From Candidatus Woykebacteria bacterium RBG_13_40_15 (GTDB lineage: Bacteria; Patescibacteriota; Microgenomatia; Woykebacterales; RBG-16-39-9b), in NCBI GenBank assembly GCA_001816655.1, contig MHCP01000015.1, positions 6,485 through 70,484 on the forward strand: a stretch of 64,000 nucleotides of DNA. Direction: 5' to 3'. Both the position numbers and the translations under genes were made by a program. A model generated the notes under the pieces. The model was not told where the DNA came from. It was given only the letters and a program-made list of their open reading frames with translations, and searched no databases. This document shows, piece by piece, positions 57,931 to 64,000 of this stretch (within the stretch, counting starts at the first letter, position 1; each line of letters opens with the position of its first letter).

Positions 57931-59032
57931 GTATTAATTTGCTCTTACGAAGCCGAGCTAGTGTAATTAGAAAAGCTAATATTACTACTGCGCCTAGAAA
58001 AATTGCAAAAAATCTCTCCTGTCGGCTTAGATTTAAGGCCAAAAAAGCAAAAACAATACTTACTAGGTAATAAAAAAGCACCACTTGTCTTTTTGACCAG
58101 CCGAGGGATAAAAGTTGATGGTGAAGATGTTCCTTATCACCCCACACAGGCGAGCGACCGCGCAAGATTCTACGTATGACAGCCCAAATACCGTCAATTA
58201 TGGGAACGATTAGAAGTAGGCCAGTTGTTAGAAGTTTTGCGCCGGATAAAATTGAAAGAGAAGCGATAATCAGACCAGCTAAAGCAGCACCCCCATAACC
58301 AGGCATTATTTTTTGAGGATAAAAACTCCAAAATAAAAAACCAAAATAAGCACCAGCAGCAATAAAAGCGAGTACCGCCGGAGCTAACTGACTACCATCC
58401 ACTCCTAAAAGCCGGCTTGAAGCAAAACCAAGCGCAATTAACCCAATCACTGCGATTCCTGGAAGCTGGCCGTCTACTCCGGAAGACCAATTAAGAGAAT
58501 TCATAACCCAAATAACCCAAATAAAAGCAAAGATGTCAGCGAGCAGTACAATTGAATGAGGGCCGGCGAAAAAACCAAAAGGGAGAAGCTCGGGAAAGTT
58601 AAAGTGATAGATAATATTATCCAACCTAACCTGTCCCCCAAAAGGGTTGGTGAACCAAGTAATACCAACACCAAAACCAACGATTATCCCAGCGGCTAAG
58701 ACATTGGTTAAAAGCCGAAGGTACGGGTTTAAATCGTATTTATCATCCAACACTCCAACGATAACGATTACAAAGGCAGCTAACAAAATCCCAATAATAT
58801 GTTTATCAAGTAGCTTTGGCCCCCAAATTAATGAAAATATTACGTAAGAACTTATAACTGCGAAAAACGTTGCTAGTCCACCAGCACGGGGAATAGGACT
58901 TTTATGCAGAATAGCTGGATGGATTCTCCAAGGAAAGTCCAAAAATTTAAATTTCTTTGCAAACAAAATTATGATCGGTGTAATCACAAAAGAAACCAAG
59001 CCTGCAAATAAAAATAAATCAATGAAAGCCAT
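57923..59032 (-). CDS. glycosyltransferase family 4 (MraY/WecA-like polyprenyl-phosphate sugar-phosphate transferase)
   Basis: 10-11 TM helices and VDGQLPG DG-motif region. Forms an operon with the UbiA and GT2 genes. Confidence 0.5.
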   Translation of the reverse strand: MAFIDLFLFAGLVSFVITPIIILFAKKFKFLDFPWRIHPAILHKSPIPRAGGLATFFAVISSYVIFSLIWGPKLLDKHIIGILLAAFVIVIVGVLDDKYDLNPYLRLLTNVLAAGIIVGFGVGITWFTNPFGGQVRLDNIIYHFNFPELLPFGFFAGPHSIVLLADIFAFIWVIWVMNSLNWSSGVDGQLPGIAVIGLIALGFASSRLLGVDGSQLAPAVLAFIAAGAYFGFLFWSFYPQKIMPGYGGAALAGLIIASLSILSGAKLLTTGLLLIVPIIDGIWAVIRRILRGRSPVWGDKEHLHHQLLSLGWSKRQVVLFYYLVSIVFAFLALNLSRQERFFAIFLGAVVILAFLITLARLRKSKLIHV

Positions 59033-59383
59033 TTAAGTAGCAACTAAAATTATTTTAAATAATGTATAAAAAAGAATACCACTGATAATAGGACTGACCC
59101 AAACAAGAATTGAAGAGAGAATTTTCTCCCTCGATCGGAAATAACTAATCATTAGAAAATTAATAATAATTATTGAGATGTTAATTATTGGTAGTAACCA
59201 AATGAAAACAGGACTAGTCAAGCGGGCTTCTCCCCAGTGTCTTGTAAACCAGAGAGGAATAGCCAAAGGAAGTTTATTGTAATATTGGCTGATTAGTAAT
59301 ACAGATAAGAATAAAAACAGGAGACTAAACACCAAACTAATGAAACTACCACTTTTTACTGAATTTCTTAGAGCCGCTTTCAT
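59033..59383 (-). CDS. small membrane protein (DUF2304-like)
   Basis: 116 aa with 4 TM helices. Commonly found adjacent to GT2 genes. Confidence 0.3.
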   Translation of the reverse strand: MKAALRNSVKSGSFISLVFSLLFLFLSVLLISQYYNKLPLAIPLWFTRHWGEARLTSPVFIWLLPIINISIIIINFLMISYFRSREKILSSILVWVSPIISGILFYTLFKIILVAT

Positions 59384-59394
59384 GAATTGCTTTT

Positions 59395-60885
59395 CTAATT
59401 TTTAACTATTTTTTCTGTAACTTTATATTCTAGTCTTTTGCCCAGCAACAATCTAGTATGAGCATCCATTCCTGGTAAGGCAGAAAAGAAAAAGCCAGTG
59501 ACGGGTAAAAGGAAGTACTGAAGAATTGACAGCGGTAGTAACCTTTTTTTAAAGCCGCTATTTTGGGGTTTCGCGAGAAAGTCAACGATTATTACGAAAA
59601 TAAAAAATACAGCACAAAAAGTTAAAATAACACTTGAGATTCTTGGCAGGTAAAAACCGACACTGGTGTAGCGGAACGTTGGATTTATAAGTGGGGGTAT
59701 TGCTGCTCCGAGAGTGATTATCCACCAGTTTACCGGCCAAAGTACGTGCTGCTCTGACGCACGTATAAAACGGACAAGAAAATTTACTAAAGGAACTTCT
59801 CTTCGGTGTCTAATAAAATGACTCAACGCATAAGCAACGTCAGTTACTCCCCATGCCCATCGTCTATTTTGAAAATATTGGGCCTTTAGGCTTTCCCAAT
59901 AATTCTGCCCCTCAGCGGCGTCGGCATACAAAGGTAGGAATATTGATTCTAGATCAACGTTACCATTGTTTGCAAAGAAAGCTTTGAAGAATAAGTGCCA
60001 GTCTTCAGGTACTACGTCAACATCCCAAAAGTCGGCTTTTTCTAAGAGCCGCCAACTCAGGGAGTAACTTGAGTAATTAAAATTTGAACCAGGGGTGAGT
60101 AGTTGAGCTATACCATTGATCGAGTAGATTGTATGTACAACTTTGATTGGGAGGGGTACGCGCCAAATGTTATTATAAAAAAGAATTGCTGCCTGCCAAA
60201 ATTTTTGATGGGGAGTATCATTTTTCAAAAATTGATAGGTTAGGACACTAAAATATTTGGGATGAATGGAAACATCCGAATCACAGCTAGTTACTGTAAT
60301 AAAATCTTTGTCATAACCGGCACTCTCAATATATTTTTTGACTTCCCTAGCCGCAAAAGCCAGGTTTGAAGATTTTCCTGCAACTTCGTTTTCTAATAAC
60401 GCGTGCTGGGTAATCCAGAAGTCACTAAAGTTCTTCCCAAAACGCTTTCTTAAGCCCTCGGCTTTCTTTAACGAGGCTTCTTCGCGTTTTTCGGTAGCAA
60501 TACAGACGCTGATTTTTTGAGCAGGAAATTCTTGTTCTGCGAGGAAGGCTAGGGTTCTGGACAAAATTTCTTCAGACTCTTTGTAAGTTGGGATTAAAAC
60601 AATGTGCCGCATCTTTTCCCAAGGTAGCCCCTCATCTTTCAGTTTTTGCAGCCAATTTTTTCTTGCAACTCCTTGTATTTTAATATACCCCCTTAAGGAG
60701 TTAATGCCTAGAAGGGCAGCACGGTAAAAAAAGTAAATGTCGAAGAAAATTATGAAATATGCAAGAGCAAAGGGAGCAAGAAAACTAGCCCAAAATGGAG
60801 ACGTCAAAAGACCCCATGAAATGACTGGTAGAATTATTTCGAAAACCCGCTTAAATATTTTTTCTCGAGCCTCTTTAGTAAACAT
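59395..60885 (-). CDS. glycosyltransferase family 2, membrane-bound (processive-type)
   Basis: VLIPTYKESEEILSRTLAFLAEQEFP, DxD region (TSCDSDVS), and N- and C-terminal TM helices. Confidence 0.7.
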   Translation of the reverse strand: MFTKEAREKIFKRVFEIILPVISWGLLTSPFWASFLAPFALAYFIIFFDIYFFYRAALLGINSLRGYIKIQGVARKNWLQKLKDEGLPWEKMRHIVLIPTYKESEEILSRTLAFLAEQEFPAQKISVCIATEKREEASLKKAEGLRKRFGKNFSDFWITQHALLENEVAGKSSNLAFAAREVKKYIESAGYDKDFITVTSCDSDVSIHPKYFSVLTYQFLKNDTPHQKFWQAAILFYNNIWRVPLPIKVVHTIYSINGIAQLLTPGSNFNYSSYSLSWRLLEKADFWDVDVVPEDWHLFFKAFFANNGNVDLESIFLPLYADAAEGQNYWESLKAQYFQNRRWAWGVTDVAYALSHFIRHRREVPLVNFLVRFIRASEQHVLWPVNWWIITLGAAIPPLINPTFRYTSVGFYLPRISSVILTFCAVFFIFVIIVDFLAKPQNSGFKKRLLPLSILQYFLLPVTGFFFSALPGMDAHTRLLLGKRLEYKVTEKIVKN

Positions 60886-60887
60886 AA

Positions 60888-61685
60888 TTATATTTTAAAT
60901 AAAATTTTCGCGTTTTGAGTTGTAATATTAGTAGCCTCTTCAATGCTCAAGTTTTTAAGTTCTGCGATTTTGGTAGCGACCATTTTAACATAAATTGGTT
61001 CATTTCGCTTGCCTCTGTAAGGTTCTGGAGGTAAATAGGGAGCGTCTGTTTCAATCAAAATTTTACCGTTCGGAACATTTTTTGCTATTTCCCTGATTGT
61101 ATTATTGCCCTTGTAAGTAATATTTCCGCTGAAAGAAATATAAAGACCAAAGTCTAGAAACCTTTTTGCTTGGTTGGCATCTCCGATAAAACAATGCATT
61201 ACACCTCGAATCGTTCCTTTATACTGGCCGATTTCATTGATAAGTTCATCGTAGGCGTCTCGGCAATGAAAAATAATCGGCAAGTTCCTTTCAATTGCAA
61301 GAGTAATCTGTTCGTGGAGCATGCTTGTCTGATCCTTCAACTGTGGTTTTGGATAGTCGTCTAGTTCGTTAGAACGCAAGACGCGAAGTGGCTTATATGT
61401 ATGAAGGTCCAGACCAATTTCTCCCACAGCGACAACTTTTTCTTCGCCGGCCAGTTTTGTTAATGTTTTAGAGTCCCATTGATTAGGATGGTGGGGATGC
61501 ACCCCAATAGAAGCGTAAAAGTTGGGGACTTCTTTAGCTAAAGCAACTGCTCCCTTACTAGAATCAATTGCCGCGCCTACATTTATAACTGCTTCAAGTT
61601 CCTTGGAATTGCGTTTAACAACGGCGTCTCGATCCTTGTTGTAGTCTTTAAACTGCAAATGAGCATGGGTATCTATTAGGTTCAT
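60888..61685 (-). CDS. tatD: TatD-family metal-dependent hydrolase
   Basis: MNLIDTHAHL...and the conserved His/Glu/Asp pattern of TatD DNases. Confidence 0.8.
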   Translation of the reverse strand: MNLIDTHAHLQFKDYNKDRDAVVKRNSKELEAVINVGAAIDSSKGAVALAKEVPNFYASIGVHPHHPNQWDSKTLTKLAGEEKVVAVGEIGLDLHTYKPLRVLRSNELDDYPKPQLKDQTSMLHEQITLAIERNLPIIFHCRDAYDELINEIGQYKGTIRGVMHCFIGDANQAKRFLDFGLYISFSGNITYKGNNTIREIAKNVPNGKILIETDAPYLPPEPYRGKRNEPIYVKMVATKIAELKNLSIEEATNITTQNAKILFKI

Positions 61686-63121
61686 TTCCTAGGAAAAATA
61701 CCGCCTTTATAAACAATTTTGTTTTGTCTAAATTGGTCAAAAATCATTTCTGACGTCGCCGGTAGGAACGGTTCGATCAGATAAGCAATCTTTTGGATTT
61801 CTATCACCACGTCTTGTAGTAATTTCTTAACCACCTCTTTATCAGATTTCAATTTTTCCCACGGCTTCTCATTTTCTAATAAAGAGTCCAACTCAGAAAT
61901 ACTCTTCCATATAAGATCCAAAACGTCTTTAAAGTAGAATTTTTCAATATATTCTTTGATTCTCTTTTCTCGATCTGTTGAAGGGTTTAGGTAGGGATTT
62001 TGAGGTTCAAAAATTAATATCTCGCCAATTTTTTCACCAAGCTTCGCTACTCTTGCGACTAAATTTCCTAAACCATTAGCTAGATCTGAATTGTAGGCAT
62101 TTTCTAGCTTTTCAATCGAAATATCATTATCGTCTTCAGGACTCGTGTACCTTAAAAGATAGTAACGGACTGCATCAGCCCCATATTTTTTCACAAGTTC
62201 AGTCGGTCGGATTATATTTCCAAGTGATTTACTGATTTTTTGCCCATCCAAAGTTAAAAACCCATGTGCATAAATTGTTGAAGGTAATGGATACTCAGCA
62301 CTTTTTAACATTGCTGGCCAAAGTAGTGCGTGCCAGCGTAGATTATCTTTGCCGATGATGTGAATAATTTTTGTATTTTCGTCCCAAAACCCTTTTTGTT
62401 TCCCAGCCGTCAAATAATTGATCAGAGCGTCAAACCAAACATAAATTACCTGGGTCGAGTCGCCTGGTACTTCGATTCCCCAAGGGACTGCTTCTTTTCT
62501 TCGGGAAATAGTTATATCTTCAATTTTGTCGACAAAAGCCAAAACCTCGTTCCTTCTGCTTTCAGGTAAAACAAAATTAGGATTATTTTTAATGTGCCCC
62601 TTTAAAAAAGGAATGTATTTTTTCCATTCGAAGAAATAATTTTTTTCAGTCACAGGCTCCAACTTAGTTTTAGGATGGATTAGGCAACGCCCGCCTTTTA
62701 TTTCAGAAGCGGTTTTAAAAGCCTCACAATCGCGGCAATACTGCCCCTTAAAATCTCCTAGATATATATCGTTTTTATTTTTAGCAACTCTATTCCAAAA
62801 ATCTAAAACAACTTCTATATGATCAGAATCTGTGGTTCGAATAAATCTATCATACGAAATATTCAAGCTATCCTGCTCTTTTTTGTCAGCGTTTGAAATG
62901 AAATCAACGAATTCTTCAACGTCTTTACCGGCGGCCTTTGCGGCCTCAAGTGCCTTAGCGCCGTTTTCATCTGTGCCGGTTAAGAAATATACATTTTGTT
63001 TGCCGATTGTTTCTCGATAGTAACGCGCAAGGACATCAGCCATGATTTTTTGATACGCATGGCCTATGTGAATTACGTCGTTTACATAATCTATTGCGGT
63101 TGTGATTAAAACTTTGTCCAT
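61682..63121 (-). CDS. metG: methionyl-tRNA synthetase (short form)
   Basis: ITTAIDYVNDVIHIGHAYQKIMADVLARYYR (HIGH region) and KISKSLGN (KMSKS region). 479 aa without a C-terminal dimerisation domain. Confidence 0.8.
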   Translation of the reverse strand: MDKVLITTAIDYVNDVIHIGHAYQKIMADVLARYYRETIGKQNVYFLTGTDENGAKALEAAKAAGKDVEEFVDFISNADKKEQDSLNISYDRFIRTTDSDHIEVVLDFWNRVAKNKNDIYLGDFKGQYCRDCEAFKTASEIKGGRCLIHPKTKLEPVTEKNYFFEWKKYIPFLKGHIKNNPNFVLPESRRNEVLAFVDKIEDITISRRKEAVPWGIEVPGDSTQVIYVWFDALINYLTAGKQKGFWDENTKIIHIIGKDNLRWHALLWPAMLKSAEYPLPSTIYAHGFLTLDGQKISKSLGNIIRPTELVKKYGADAVRYYLLRYTSPEDDNDISIEKLENAYNSDLANGLGNLVARVAKLGEKIGEILIFEPQNPYLNPSTDREKRIKEYIEKFYFKDVLDLIWKSISELDSLLENEKPWEKLKSDKEVVKKLLQDVVIEIQKIAYLIEPFLPATSEMIFDQFRQNKIVYKGGIFPRK

Positions 63122-63279
63122 AATTGTATTTTATTCCTCTAGAGCACTTAATTAAATTAGCTGCTTTAGCTTAAGCTAATAGGCGTAGCCTAGGATTAAG
63201 CGCAGCATTCGTAAAAGCCAATCTTCGGAGAAGATATTGGCTCTGAGAATGCTATTTTACAGCAAGTGCCCAAGCAAAG

Positions 63280-63672
63280 CTACCGATTTGAGAAGTACAA
63301 TTCGATTAAAATAACTATCCCGATTATTAAAGCCGTGTTTAAGAAATTTAAGAAGCTAAAGACTTTTAAAAACTCGATTGCGATAATCAAAAACGAAAAC
63401 AGAAAAGCTCGTCTCAGGGAGCGAACAAGCCGCCTTTTTGAAGCTATTAACATATCTTGTCCGGGCAATCTCGTTACAAAAACTCCCGATATAAAATAAA
63501 TTGCTAAAGTAATTGTAAATGTTAGACCTGCGAGAGCAGACAATAAAGCATAAGAAACATTGGTTATAACTATGGCCTCTCCAATTTTTGGTGGGGTAAA
63601 GTAAACGATTGAAAAAAAGACCGCCCAAAAAACGACCGCACCGATAGTGATGGGGATTATAAATTTTTTCAT
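63280..63672 (-). CDS. small membrane protein
   Basis: 130 aa with 4 TM helices. Confidence 0.3.
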   Translation of the reverse strand: MKKFIIPITIGAVVFWAVFFSIVYFTPPKIGEAIVITNVSYALLSALAGLTFTITLAIYFISGVFVTRLPGQDMLIASKRRLVRSLRRAFLFSFLIIAIEFLKVFSFLNFLNTALIIGIVILIELYFSNR

Positions 63673-63803
63673 TCTTGGTTTAATTTTAAACCTTGGCCGA
63701 CTTAATTTACAATAAACCTAGAGTTTGCTAAGATAGTTCGGCAAGACTACTATTAAAACTTGGATAAATTTGTTGAAGAGGCGCTCAGAAAAGGAGTCGA
63801 AGG

Positions 63804-64000
63804 ATGGATATAAATACTCTAATAATTATTTTAATCGGCGTTGTAATTGTTGGTTTTGTTTTTCTTTTCAGACAATTTCAACTTTTGCAAAAAGAAAAAG
63901 ATAAAGATAAATCCCAAGAAATTCTCTTAAAGTGGCTTGAGGACATGAGGAGCAGTGTTGATAAAAACACAAGCACTTTGCAAGAGCGGCTCGATGCGGC
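63804..64000 (+). CDS. rmuC: DNA recombination protein RmuC-like, N-terminal fragment (runs off window)
   Basis: MDINTLIIILIGVVIVGFVFLFRQFQLLQKEKDKDKSQ... is an N-terminal TM anchor followed by a coiled coil, as in RmuC. Confidence 0.45.
   Translation, partial: MDINTLIIILIGVVIVGFVFLFRQFQLLQKEKDKDKSQEILLKWLEDMRSSVDKNTSTLQERLDA

Overview
This window reads as a 64 kb chromosomal segment from a low-GC, small-genome bacterium (native sequence roughly 38-42% GC by eye). The lineage call is an inference from three things visible in the sequence: short-form ValRS and MetRS, many tandem T4SS-pilin paralogues, and a Gram-positive-style VirB4/VirB6/cell-wall-hydrolase set. Together these point to a Patescibacteria/CPR-type organism. 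Main contents: (i) two tandem ZIP metal transporters. (ii) A pair of tRNA-Ser genes flanked by a repeated hairpin element, then comF, and tmRNA (ssrA) next to smpB. (iii) A large type-IV-secretion-like locus at 11.1-27.8 kb. It has six pilin domains in five ORFs, one fused to a large Asp/Gly-rich ectodomain, plus a VirB6/TrbL-like protein, a bifunctional lytic-transglycosylase+M23 hydrolase, and a VirB4 ATPase that appears split into two ORFs. (iv) The replication-origin neighbourhood, recF-dnaN-dnaA divergent from rpmH-rnpA-yidD-yidC-jag, directly abutting the T4SS locus. (v) Housekeeping genes: valS, tsaD, galU, groES/groEL, metG, tatD, glycerate kinase, a family-5 ABC substrate-binding protein, a histidine kinase, M23 peptidases, and a UbiA/GT4/GT2 envelope glycan cluster. 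(vi) Three conspicuously GC-rich (about 55% by eye) islands of unknown-function genes at about 18.8-22.0 kb, 44.6-47.5 kb and 53.35-54.7 kb. The most notable finding is island 2. It carries a retron-type reverse transcriptase (VTG and NAxxH motifs) preceded by a structured non-coding region bracketed by a perfect 10-bp inverted repeat, which is msr/msd a1/a2-like. Two unknown GC-rich ORFs sit beside it as candidate effectors, and the RT motif C reads YADN rather than YADD. Islands 1 and 2 end in near-identical hairpins (AGCGGGCTC...GAGCCCGCT). A repeat motif (CAGAAAGCAG...CAGTAAGCG) marks the island 2 edge and flanks an Avd-like four-helix-bundle gene next to island 1. Island 3 lies beside tRNA-Cys behind a consensus sigma70 promoter and next to a hicBA toxin-antitoxin pair. 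All calls come from reading the ORF translations and the raw sequence; no database searches were run.
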